DNA of 64,000 nt from Mobula hypostoma. Taxonomy: Eukaryota. Shown piece after piece: positions 49,801 through 62,095 of the stretch (position 1 is its first letter; each line of letters begins with the position of its first letter). Location: NCBI RefSeq assembly GCF_963921235.1, contig NC_086101.1, positions 7,070,001 to 7,134,000 on the forward strand, written 5' to 3'. The notes under the pieces were generated by a model. That model made no database searches. It was given only the letters and a program-made list of their open reading frames with translations, and was not told the DNA's origin. A program made the position numbers and the translations under genes.

Positions 49801-50790
49801 CCAATCGGCACCCAATTGCCCACCATTGAGAACATCTATCATAAACGCTGCCTGGGCAGGGTGAAAAGCATTATCAGGGATGCATCTCATCCTGACCATG
49901 GACTTTTTACTCTCCCCCCATCCGGTAGGCGCTACAGGAGCCTCCGCTCCCGCACCAGCAGGCACAGGAAGAGCTTCTTCCCTGAGGCTGTGACCCTGCT
50001 GAACCTCTCATCACAGCGCTAAGCAGTATTGCACCCATATTGTAGTGTCTCAGTAATTTTATATCTGTGTGCTGTAGCACTTTTTTATTCGCAGTTATTT
50101 TGTAAATAACACTATTCTTTGCATTTCTGGTTAGATGCTAAATGCATTTCATTGGCTTTGTATCTGTACTCGGCACAATGACAATAAAGTTGAATCCAAT
50201 CTAATCTAATCAGAATCCCTGGATGTACCATGAAATCCAGAACTTGCAGCGAGCCAGATCAGAGGCATTCAAGTTCTGGAGATCAAGAATGCTACCAGGG
50301 ATGCAGGCATGGTCTCTGGAAAGCTCTCTCACGGGCAAAGTGGAGATTCTGGACTAGCCTGGAATTAATGAAGGATGCAGGGTTTTGGATGCCATAACTG
50401 CCTACAAAGTTAAATTTAGTGACATGGGAGACAGCAGAGCCCTGCTTCCGGCTGAGCAAAGGCCACCAGAACAGGGAGGAGCCGTTGTGTGCCCCCATGT
50501 CGCCCGATGATCCTTTGGTCTCAGTATCTGAAAATGACATGCGGGCTGCCTTTGAGAGAGCAAATCCAAGGAAAGCAACCCGTCTGGATGCAGTGCCTGA
50601 AGTCCAGCTGCTGCTGTGTTCACGGATATATTCAACCTCTTGCTCTGATGATGTGTGGTACCCATTTGCTTCGAGCAGGCTTCAGTCAAGAACAGTGTGG
50701 TAACTGCCTCAATGATGATCACCCAATGGCACGCGCATCCACAGGGATAAAGTGCTTTGAGAGGCCGGTGTTGAAACATATCAGCTCCTG
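49801..50790 (+). mobile_element. Rex-Babar-type LINE fragments
   Basis: IIRDASHPDHGLFTLPPSGRRYRSL with (TCTAA)n tail near 50200; NPRKA and CFER remnants after it. Confidence 0.72.
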
Positions 50791-50794
50791 TCCA

Positions 50795-52260
50795 TAAGAC
50801 ATAAGACTGTCAGAAATAGGAGCAAAATTAGGCCATTCAGCCCATTGAGTTTGCTCCGCCATTCCATCATGGTTGATCCTGGATCCCACTCAACCCCACA
50901 CACCTGCCTTCTCACCATATCCTTCGATGCCCTGACTGATCAGGAAACTATCAAATCCCACCTTACACCACAGTCTGGCAGAGCATTCCACAGATTCACT
51001 TCCTTCTTACCTCTGTTCTAAAAGATCACCGCTCAGTTTTGAAGATGTGCCCTTTAGCTCTGGATACCCCCATCACAGGAAATATCCTCTCCACATCCAC
51101 CCTATCAAGTCCTTTCAACATTCTGTATGTTTAGATGCATAGAAACATAGAAAACCTGCAGCACAGTACAGGCCCTTCGACCCACAAAGTTGTGCCGAAC
51201 ATGTCCCTGCCTTAGAAGTTACTAGGCTTACCCATCGCCCTCTATTTTTCTGAGCTCCATGTACCTGTCCAAAAGTTCTTAAAAGACCCTATTGTATCCG
51301 CCTCCACCACCATTTCCAGCAGCCCATTCCACGCACTCACCACTCTCTGCGTAAAAAAAACTTACCCCTGACATCTCCTCTGTACCTACTCCCCAGCACT
51401 TTAAACCTGTGTCCTCTTGTGTTAGCCATTTCAGCCCTGGGAAAAAGCCTCTGACTATCCACACAATCAATGCCTCTCATCATCTTACACACCTCTATGA
51501 GGTCACCTCTCATACTCTGTCACTACAAGGAGAAAAGGCTAAGTTCACTCAACTTGTCTTCATAAGGCATGCTCCCCAATCCAGGCAACATCCTTGTAAA
51601 TCTCCTCTGCACCCTTTCTGTGGTTTCCACATTCTTCCTGTAGTGAGGCAACCAGAACTGAGCACAGTACTCCAAGTGGGGTCTGACCACGGTCCTATAT
51701 AACTGCAACATTACCTCTTGGCTCCTAAATTCAATTCCACGATTGATGAAGGCCAATACACCGTATGCCTTCTTAACCACAGAGCCAACCCGCACAGCTG
51801 TTTTGAGCGTCCTATGGACTCGGACCCCAAGATGCCTCTGATCCTCCACACTGCCGAGTCTTAACACAAAAGCCCAGTTTCGCATCCTATCAATGTCCCG
51901 CTATAACCTCTGACAGCCCTCCACACTATCCACAACACCCCCAACCCTTGTGTCATCATCGAATTTACTTACCCATCTCTCTACTTCTTCATCCAGGTCA
52001 TTTATAAAAATCACAAAGGGGAGGAGTCCTAGAACAGATCGCTGAGGCACACCACTGGTGAACAACCTCCATGCAGAATATGACCCGTCTACAACCACTC
52101 TTTGCCTTCTGTGGGCAAGCCAGTTCTGGATCCACAAAACAATGTCCCCTTGAATTGTATGCCTCCTGACTTTCTCAATAAGCCTTGCATGAGGTACTTT
52201 ATCAAATGCCTTGCTGAAATCCATATATACTGCATCTACTGCTCTACCTTCATCAATGTG
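50795..52260 (-). mobile_element. Nested CR1 3' fragments
   Basis: MDFSKAFDKVPH and VRPHLEYCAQFW motifs; tails at 50795 and 51138. Confidence 0.85.
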
Positions 52261-52504
52261 CCTGTTCTATTGTTACAAATACATCTTTTGATGTTAAGCT
52301 CCCAACTATGGCCTTCTTTCAGCCACGACTCAGTGATGCCCACTATGTCATACCAACCACTCTGTATTTGCACCATGAGTTTGTCCATATTATTCCAAAT
52401 GCTACACACATTTAAATAAGGCATCTTCAGCCCTGCATTCTTTGTCCTTTTGAATTTTATCTCTGTGGTACAATGTAATTCTCTCTGACTGTATTTGTAC
52501 CCAA

Positions 52505-53835
52505 TGCAGTGGGTACAGATGTCTGAGTGGTGGCTTGGATCTGCTCCAGTTTGCCTACCAAAGCAACAGGTCAACAGCAGATGCCACCGCATTGGCTCTT
52601 CACACATCCCTGGAACATTTGGGCAGCAAAGTTGCATACATCAGGATGCTCTTTATCGATTACAACTCAGCATTTAATAATCTATCAGTAAACTATAAGA
52701 CATGGGCCTCAGTACCCCCTGTGCAACTGGATCCTGGATTTCCTCACTTGCAGATCCCAGTCAGTCTGGTTTGGCAAAAACGTCTCGTCCACAGTCTCCA
52801 TCAGCAGTGCACCGGAACGCCAGAGGACGGTGTGCGTAGCCCCTGCTCTCCTTGCTTTACACCTTTGACTGTGTGGCTATGTACAGCTCCAACACCATGT
52901 ACGTTTGCTGAAGACACCACTGTTGTGGGCCGTATCAAAGGTAGTGATCAATTAGCATACAGGAGAGAGACTGAAAGTTTGGCTGAGTGGTGTAATAACA
53001 ACGACCTCTCTCTCAATGTCAATAAGACTAAGGAACTGATTGTAGAGGGAAACCAGAAGTTCATGAACCAGTACTTACCAGAGGATCAGAGGTGAAGAGG
53101 GTCAGTAAATTCCTGGGTGTCACTATCTCAGAGGACCTGTCCTGGACCCATCATATAAATATAATTGCAAAGAAAGCACCACAGCGCCTCTACTTCCTCG
53201 GGAGTCTGCGGAGATTTGGCATGGCATCAAAAACCTTGGCAAACCACAATAGCTGTGTGGTGGAGAGAGTACTGACTGGCTGCATTATGGCCTGATATGG
53301 GAACAGCAGTGCCTTCGAGTGGAAAATCTTACATATTGTAGTGGATTTTGGCCCAGGACATCACAGGTAAAGCCCTCCCAACCATTGGACACATCTACAT
53401 GAAACGTTGCCATAGAAAAGCAACATTCATCATCAAAGATCCTCACCACCAAGGCCATGATCTTTTCTCGCTGTTGCCATCAGGTGGAAGGTACAGGAGC
53501 CTCAGTACTCATGCCACCACCAGGTTCATGAACAGTTACTACCCCTCAACCATCAGGCTCCTGAACAAAAGAGGATAACTGCACTCATTTTATTTCAGGT
53601 GTTCCCACAACCAATGGTCTCGCTTTAAGGACTTTTTAACTTGTTATTTCATGCTCTTGTTACATTGCTATTTACTTACATTTGTATTTGCATAGTTTGT
53701 TGTTCACTGATCCTGTTTATATTCACTGTTCTATAGATTTGCTGAGAATGCCTGCAGGAAAAAGAATCTCATGGTTGTATGTGGTGACATTTACGTACTC
53801 TGATAATAAATTATACCTTGAACATTGAACTTTAT
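52505..53835 (+). mobile_element. Rex-Babar-type LINE RT fragment plus 3' end
   Basis: LQFAYQSNRSTADA, RMLFIDYNSAFN, FAEDTTVVG, LNVNKTKEL, KKAPQRLYFL, DPHHQGH motifs. Confidence 0.85.
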
Positions 53836-55284
53836 TTGCATCTTTATCTTGTAAGGAAGCTGAGGTTGCTAGCTGCCAGTTTGTAATTTATAAACCCTGC
53901 CCCGGGTGTTGCCTCGACCCTTCCATGTGGGTGGACATTTTACAGGAGAAAAGGGTGAGCCCTTTTGTTTATTTACATCGTGGCTGACTGGTAAAGAAGG
54001 GGGAGGAAGCTTTGCTAGGAAGGTGAGGGACGCATTTGAAGGATCTCAATCTGAAGTGTGGATTCTTTCGATCAGAAGTCATCTTCGGACTGTGCTGTTC
54101 GTTGACACAGATGACGCAGTTCAGTGCAGGTTTTGAAGTTGCAATGTACGTGTGATATATAAACCGAACATAATGCAAGTTACTTCTCCAGCGCAAAATT
54201 TTGTTAATGCTTACTCGTTTCAGCTCTTCAATTGCCCGGGACTTTATCCATCTGTAGAGCAACAATATTTGATCATTTCTGGGCCACTTCCTTTCTCTTA
54301 CATAGAAATTCTCCTCTGATTCGTGATTTGATAGTTGGTAAGGTTGGTTGTTTAAATTGTGTCTTGTGAATGCAAAGTTCAAAGTACCACTGAGAGTAAT
54401 CAATAAATCCAAGAAGCATAACAGAATCACTGAAAGACCGCACCCAACGGGACGGGCAACAGCCAAAACGCAAAAGACAACAAACTGCAAATACAAAAGA
54501 AAATAAAAAACAAATAGCAAATGAATAAAGAAGCATGAAATATTGAGGGGATGTGATAAAGAGCCCACCACTTGTGGGAACAGTTCAGTGAAGGGGTGAG
54601 TCAACTTGAGTGAAGTTATCCCCACTGATTCAATGCCTAATGGTTGAAGGGTAAAACCTGTTCCTGAACCTGTGTGTGTTTATCCCAAGGCTCCTTGACC
54701 TTCTTCTTGATGGCAACAGTGAGCACCTGGGTGGTGGGTGCCCTTGATGCTGGATGCTGCTTTCCTGTGATAGCACTCCATGCCAATGTGCTCAGCGGTG
54801 GGGAGGGCTTATTCATTTGTACGATTTTCCATTCAATGGCATTGGTGGCTCCATATATATTCTATTAAAGGGAAATTTTAGGCTGCAGAGGGCAGTGAGG
54901 GTAGTTCAAAACTCTGTAGGTAAGTGAGAGAACCTAGAGGCATTGAGGAGTTGGGAGTGTGGGTTGTGAAAGGCTGCTCAGATGTCACAGGATTAGATTA
55001 GACTTGATTTGCTTTCTCTAACCACACATACGTGGAAACATACAGTAAAATGCTTTGCATTTACAACCAACACAGTTCTCGGATGTGCTGGGGGCAGCCT
55101 GAAAGTGTTGCCACAAATTATGGTGCAGACATTGTGCACCCACAACATTCAGCAGAACAGCACAAACAATAACAATGAAACAAGCCCATTTCCAAGTCCT
55201 TCACTCACCCACATAGATGGGCCCCCAAACCCTGGATGGGCGGCCTCTTGGATATCACCAGTCTTCATTCTTGGGGCCATGCAG

Positions 55285-58200
55285 ACCATAAGATATTGGA
55301 GCAGAAGTCTGTTATGACATTTCATCATGGCTGATCCAATTTTTCTCTTGGCCTCAATCTCCTACCTTCTCCCCATATCTATTCATCCCCGACTTGGCCT
55401 TCAGCTGCCTGTGGCACAGAATCCCACAGATTCACCACGCTGCGGCTAAAGAGATTCCTCCTCATCTCCATTCTAAAAGGATGCCTCTCTATACTGAGAC
55501 TGTGTCCTCTGGAGATAGTCTCTCCCACCATAGGAAACATCCTCTCCATATCCACTCTCTCAAGGCCTTCCACCGTTAGATAGGTTTTAATGAGGTCACC
55601 CTTCATTCTTCGAAATTCCAGTGAATACAGGCTCAGAGCCATCAAACGCTCTTCATATGACGAACATTCAGTCCTAGAATTATTTTTATGAATGGCATTT
55701 GAACCCTTTCCAGTTTCCGCACATCCTGTCTAAGATACGGGGCCCAAAATTGCTCACAACACTCCAAGTGAGAACTCACCAGTGCTTTATAAAATCTCAA
55801 CATTACATTCTTGCTTTTATATTCTAGTCCTCTTGAAATTAATGCTAACATTGCATTTGTCTTCCTCACCACAGACTACACCTGCAAATTAACCTTTAGG
55901 GAATCCTGCACAAGGACTCCCAAGTCCCTCTGCACCTCAGTTTTTTGTATTTTCTCTCCTTTTAGGAAACAGCCAACACTTTCATTTCTTCTACCAAAAT
56001 GCATGACCATATACCTCCTAGCACGGTATTCCATCTGCCACTTCTTTGCCCATTGTCCTAACCTGTCTAAATCCTTCTGTAGCATCTCTACTTCCTCAAA
56101 AATACCTGCCCATCCACCTAGCTTCATATTGTTTGCAAACGTAGCCACAAAGCCATCAATTCCATCATCCAAAGCATTGACATATAGTGTAAAAAAAGAG
56201 TCAGTCCCATCACAGAGCCCTGTGGGACACCACAGGTTGCCAGTAGACAACCAGAAAATACTCCTTTTATTCCCACTGCTTGTCTCCTGCCAATGAGTCA
56301 CTGCTTTATCCATGCTAGAGTCTTTCCTGTGATACCAGAGGCTCGTAGTTCGTTATGTGTGGCGCCTTGTTGAAGGCCTTCTGAAAATCCAAATACACAT
56401 CACTGATTCTCCTTCATCTATCTGCTTGTTATTTGTTCAAAGGATTCGAACGGACTTGTCAGGTAAGATTTTCCCTTGAGTAATCCATGCTGAGTACGCA
56501 CTACTTTTTCATGTGTCCCCAAGTACCCTGAGACCTCACCCTTAAAAATCGACTCCAACATCTTCCCAACCACTGAGGTCAGACTAACTGGCCTGGAGTT
56601 TCCTTTATTCTGCCTCTCTCTCCCTTCTTGAAGAATGACAATAATAGACAATAGACAATAGGTGCAGGAGTAGGCCATTCGGCCCTTCAGGCCAGCACCG
56701 CCATTCACTGTGATCATGGCTGATCATCCACAATCAGTACCCTTTTTCTGCCTTCTCCCCATATCCCTTAACTCCGCTATCTTTAAGAGCTCTATCTAAC
56801 TCTTTCTTGAAAGCATCCAGAGAATTGGCCTCCACTGCCTTCTGAGGCAGAGCATTCCACAGATCCACAACTCTCTGGGTGAAAAAGTTTTTCCTCAACT
56901 CAGTTCTAAATTGTCTACCTCTTATTCTTAAACTGTGGCCTCTGGTTCTGGACTCCTCCAACATCGGGAACATGTTTCCTGCCTCTAGCGTGTCCAATCC
57001 CTTAATAATCTTATATGTTTCAATCATATCCCCTCTCATCCTTCTAAATTCCAGTGTATATAAGCCCAGTCACTCCAATCTTTCAAAATATGACAGTCCC
57101 GCTTTCCCTGGAATTAACTTCGTGAACCTACGCTGCACTCCCTCAATAACAAGAATGTCCTTCCTCAAATTTGGAGACCAAAACTGCACTCAATACTCCA
57201 GGTGGGGTCTCACCAGGGCCCTGTACAACTGCAGAAGGACCTCCTTGCTCCTATACTCAACTCCCCTTGGCTTCTTATGAAGGCCAACATGCCATTAGCT
57301 TTCTTCACTGCATGCTTACTTTCAGTGACTGATGAACAAGGACACCTAGATCTCATTGTACTTCCCCTTTTCCTAACTTAACACCATTCAGATAGTAATC
57401 TGCCTTCCTGTTCTTGCCACCAAAGTGAATAACCTCACATTTTTCCACATTAAACTGCATCTGCCATGCATCTGCCCACACACCCAGCCTGTCCAAGTCT
57501 CCCTGCATTCTCATAACATCCTCCTCACATTTCACACTGCCACTCAGCTTTGTGTCATCTGCAAATTTGCTAATGTTACTTTTAATCCCTTCATCTAAAT
57601 CATTAATGTATATTGTAAATAGCTGCGGTCCCAGCACCGAGCCCTGCGGTACCCCACTAGTCACTGCCTGCCATTCTGAAAGGGACCTGTTGATCCCTAC
57701 TCCTTGTTTCCTGTCTGCCAACCAATTTTCTATCAATGTCAGTACCCTATCCCCAATAACATGTGCTCTAATTTTGCCCGCTAATCTCCTATGTGGGACC
57801 TTATCAAAGGCTTTCTGAAAGTCCAGGTACACTACATCCACTGGCTCTCCCTTGTCCATTTTCATAGTTACATCCTCAAATAATTCCAGAAGATTAGTCA
57901 AGCATGATTTCCCCTTTGTAAATCCATACTGACTCGGACTGATCCAGTTACTGCTATCCAAATGTGCCGCTATTTCATCCTTTATAATTGACTTCAGCAT
58001 CTTCCCCAATGCTGATGTCAGGCTAACTGGTCTATAATTCCCTGTTTTCTTTCTCCCTCCTTTCTTAAAAAATGGGATAACATTAGCTACCCTCCAATCC
58101 TCAGCAACTGATCCTGAATCTATACAGCATTGGAAAATGATTACCAATGCGTCCACGATTTCTAGAGCCACCTCCTTAAGGACCCTGGGATACAGACCAT

Positions 58201-59521
58201 CGGGCCCTGGGGATTTATCAGCCTTCAGTCCCATCAGTCTACCCAACACAATTTTCTGCCTAATGTGAATTTCCTTCAGTTCCTCCGTTACCCTAGGTCC
58301 TCTGGCCACTATTACATCTGGGAAATTGTTTGTGTCTTCTCTAGTGAAGACAGATCCATAGTACCTGTTCAACTCATCTGCCATTTCCTTGTTCCCCATA
58401 ATAAATTCACCTGTTTCTGTCCTTAAGGGCCCAACTTTGGTCTTAACTATTTTTTTCCTCTTCACATACCTAAAGAAGCTTTTACTATCCTCCTTTATAT
58501 TCTTGGCTAGCTTACCTTCATATCTCACCTTTTCTCCCCGTATTGCCACTCCATATGGAGTGACATTTCCAATTTTCCTGTCTTCTGGAACCATTCCAGA
58601 ATCTAGTGATTCTTGAAAGATCATAACTAATGCCTCCACAATCTCCTCAGCTATCTTTTTCAGAACCATGTGGTGTGCACCTTGGGGTCCAGGTTTCTCA
58701 TTTACCTTCAGGCCTTTCAGTTTCCCAGGAACCTTCTCTCTCATTATGGTAACTTCACACACTTCATGACCTCTGGCACCTGGAACTTGCACCATACTGT
58801 TAGTGACTTCCACAGTGAAGACTGATGCAACATACTTATTCAGTTCATCTGCCATTTTGTTGTCCACCATTACTACCTGTCCAGCATCGTTTTCTAGCAG
58901 GCAGATCTCTACTGTCGCCTTTCTTTTACACTTCACATATCTGAAGAAACTTTTGGTATCCTCTTTAATATTATTGGCTAGTTTAATCTTGCATTCCATT
59001 TTTACCTCCTTTATGACTTTTAAGTTGCTTTTTGTTGTTTTTAAAAGCATTCCAATTCTCTAGCATCCAATTAACTTTTGCTCTATTAATTGCCCCCTCT
59101 TGGGTTTTTATGTTGGCGCTGACATCGCTTGTTGGCCACGATTGTGTCATCTTGCCTTTGGAATACTTCTTTCTCTTTGGGATGTAGAAACATAGAAACA
59201 TAGAAAATAGGTGCAGGAGTAGGTCATTCGGCCCTTCGAGCCTGCACCGCCATTCAGTATGATCATGGCTAATCATCCAACTCAGAGCCCTGTACCTGCC
59301 TTCTCTCCATACCCCCTGATCCCTTTAGCCACAAGGGCCATATCTAACTCCCTCTTAAATATAGCCAATGAACTGGCCTCAACTGTTTCCTGTGGCAGAG
59401 AATTCCACAGATTCACCACTCTCTGTGTGAAGAAGTTTTTCCTAATCTCAGTCCTAAAAGACTTCCCCTTTATCCTTAAACTGTGACCCCTCGTTCTGGA
59501 CTTCCCCAATATTGGGAACAA
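55285..59521 (-). mobile_element. Stack of nested CR1 LINEs: old host 55285-59186, young insert ~56640-58552, 3' fragment 59186-59521
   Basis: Duplicated KLAxNIKED..F..YVK motif in ORF 57353-59050; internal microsatellite tails at 56640 and 59186. Confidence 0.9.
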
Positions 59522-60614
59522 TGTATATATACCCTGCCTTCCGAATTGCTTCCAGAGATTACAGCCATTTTTGCTTTGTTGTCATCTCAAACCTCGTACT
59601 TTGAACCCCTGTCTTCAGTGATCACCAACCTATGACATCAGAGTGCTCCGACCTGAACTCTGACCTCCAACTCCTCCCCCTAACTCTTCATTTACTGACC
59701 CTGACCTCTCACTCCCCTCATCCCTGTCCCTACTGATGGATGTTTCAGCTCAGCTCCATCTTGGAAAAACAAAATTATCAGACAGAGGAGAGTCACAGAA
59801 TGAAAAAAACAAAAGCCAACAGTTTAAAGTTTTGACATGATTAAAAAATACATACTAAGCCATTCTCTAACAGTTCCTGTTAATGTTGAGTGTAAGAAAG
59901 TCCAACTAGACTGCCAGGAAGCTGGTGTGTAAATTTAGAATGGTGAATTCCCACATCTGGTTGAAACCTTTGAAACTGACTTGTTTTATGGGATTTCACA
60001 AGGCCACCACCAACACTAAAAGCCTCAATCTTTTCTTGTAATATTGTTCAAGGTTCAGTTTGAATGCTAATTTCTGGCCTTCCAAAGCAATTTATTGTCA
60101 AATTTCAACTCATTCCGAATGGTGCTGCTAAACCTTTAAGCCAGGATGGGAGAACACATCACTCCTATGCTGTACATGCCACACTGCATTGGCGTCTTGT
60201 TTCTTTTAGAATTGATTTTAAAGTTTCCTTACTTGTTTTTAAAGCTCTTCAGAATGAACTACATTGTTAAACTGTGGAATACAGCACCTAAAAAGTATAA
60301 GGGATGCAGACTCAGTTGATACATTTAAATGCCAGCTCAAAACCTATTTATTTAACATTGCTTTCAACCAACATCTTTTATTATTTTCATGTTTAATTTT
60401 TAACTTTAATTTTATCTTCATATTTGTACTTTAATCCCAATGTAAAGCACTTTGAACTACATTGGTATGAGAAGTGCTCTCTAAATAATGTTGTTCTTAT
60501 TGTTATTAACTTGATGCTGTTCTTCGATAAATTTACTTTGAACTTTGAATTGCAGGTGTTCAGCGGTTTATAAGAGCTGAAAGTACTTTCAATCAGTAAG
60601 TATTGGCTGTGATC

Positions 60615-61022
60615 ATGGCTTACAGGGAACAGTACGTGGGTTGGAGTGAGGAGGCAGTCTGCTCCATCTGCCTCAATTTCTTCACTGAACCAATTTCTCT
60701 GGAGTGTGGGCACAACTTCTGTCTTGCCTGCATCAGACAGTGTTGGGAAAGGAAGAACAATTCCTGCCCAGAATGTCGGGCAGTTTTTCCAGCAAGGAAA
60801 CTCAGGATCAATCAAGCCCTGGCAAAGCTGTCTGAGAGAGCTCGAGAATTGAAGGAAAATTTGAATGAGGAAGGAAATAAACTTCATTGTAAAGAACATG
60901 ACGATGAACTGAAGCTGTTTTGTGAAACTGACCAGAAACTGATCTGCCTGATCTGCAGAGATGCGCTGGAACACAGGGAGCACCACTTTCGGCCAATTAA
61001 AGAAGCTGTGGAAATTCAAAAG
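60615..61022 (+). CDS. Second TRIM gene, RING plus B-box exon (later exons not found in the window)
   Basis: MAYREQYVGWSEEAVCSICLNFFTEPISLECGHNFCLACI...CPEC...CKEHDDELKLFCETD; donor AAG|GTaaag at the same position as in the first TRIM. Confidence 0.92.
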
Positions 61023-61039
61023 GTAAAGAAAATTTCATT

Positions 61040-61480
61040 ACCTAAGAACTGGCAATTTCTCCCCTCTCTCGCTTTTTCCATTTCCCATTCTGGTTCCCCT
61101 CTTACTCCTTCTCCTCCCCTGCCCATCACAATCCTCTGGTGCTCCTTGTTCTGTGGTCAACTGCACTCTCCTGTCAGACTCCTTTATCTCCAGCACTTTC
61201 CCTCTTCTGCCTGCCACTTTCCAGCTTCCTGCTTCATCCCCATGTCCCCCAGCCACCCACCTTCCCCCCTGACTGGTCTCACCTATCACCTGTACTCCTT
61301 CCAATCCCCTGACCTACTTATTCCGGTTTCTGCCCCCTTCCAATCCAGCCTTGATGAAGGACCTCAGTCTGGAACATCGACTGTTTATTCCCCTCCTTAG
61401 ATGCTTCCTGACCTGCTGAGTTCCTCCAGCATTTTGTGTGTGTTGCTCTGGATTTCAAGCTCCTGCAGAATCTCTTGTGC
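61040..61480 (+). mobile_element. Penelope-type terminal fragment
   Basis: gatgaagg..tcagtctggaacatcgactg...gatgcttcctgacctgctgagttcctccagcattttgtgtg, as at 11000-11140. Confidence 0.65.
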
Positions 61481-62000
61481 TTAAGGTTAGGTTTCCCGAT
61501 TGTTTCAGAAGGTTTTCTCCCTCCACCACCTTTGCTGAGTCTCAGTTAAAGGCTGACCCCAGCAGACCGCTCACCCATCAATGCTACTCTCCAGTGTTCC
61601 CTTCCTAGAAAACAGAACTTGATTAACTTTGTCTACCACCCAAAGGGAACTGAAGCCTGCTTGTTCTTCCAGAGATATGGAGGACTTCTGTTGGTCGGGC
61701 TAGACCATGGATATGGTGTCTCAGCTGTCTACGTGATGGACAAGTCAGTACACAAGCTAGGGCTGTACATATGGAGAGCAAGTTGTTGTCCATGTAGCAG
61801 CCACCCCAGCTCCATAGGAATGGTAGAGACTAATACGCTTTACACTGTGGCATCGCAAGAGCTGCCCATCAGCATTAAGCATAACTTAGGACTGCCTTGG
61901 GGACAGACACCAATCTGCAGGACAACATCCGTGCATCTCAGAGACCTGTGCATGGGAAGCGCTCCAACAGCCCATACCACTCACAGACATGAGCCACTTA

Positions 62001-62095
62001 GTGGTGTAGTAGTTAGCACAGTACTATTACAGACTAGGGCTCGGGGTTCAGAGTTCAAATCTGACATCACCTGGAAGAAGACTATACACTCTCCC
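62001..62095 (+). mobile_element. tRNA-derived SINE head
   Basis: A-box-like TGGTGTAGTAGTTAG and B-box GTTCAAATC, running directly into the minisatellite. Confidence 0.6.

Noticed and set aside
57353..59050. 565-aa ORF with an internally duplicated pre-RT segment
   Set aside because: Chance in-frame fusion of a young CR1 nested in an older CR1 at ~58552
61023..61400. C-terminal extension of the 265-aa TRIM ORF
   Set aside because: Read-through past the splice donor into an intronic Penelope-type repeat
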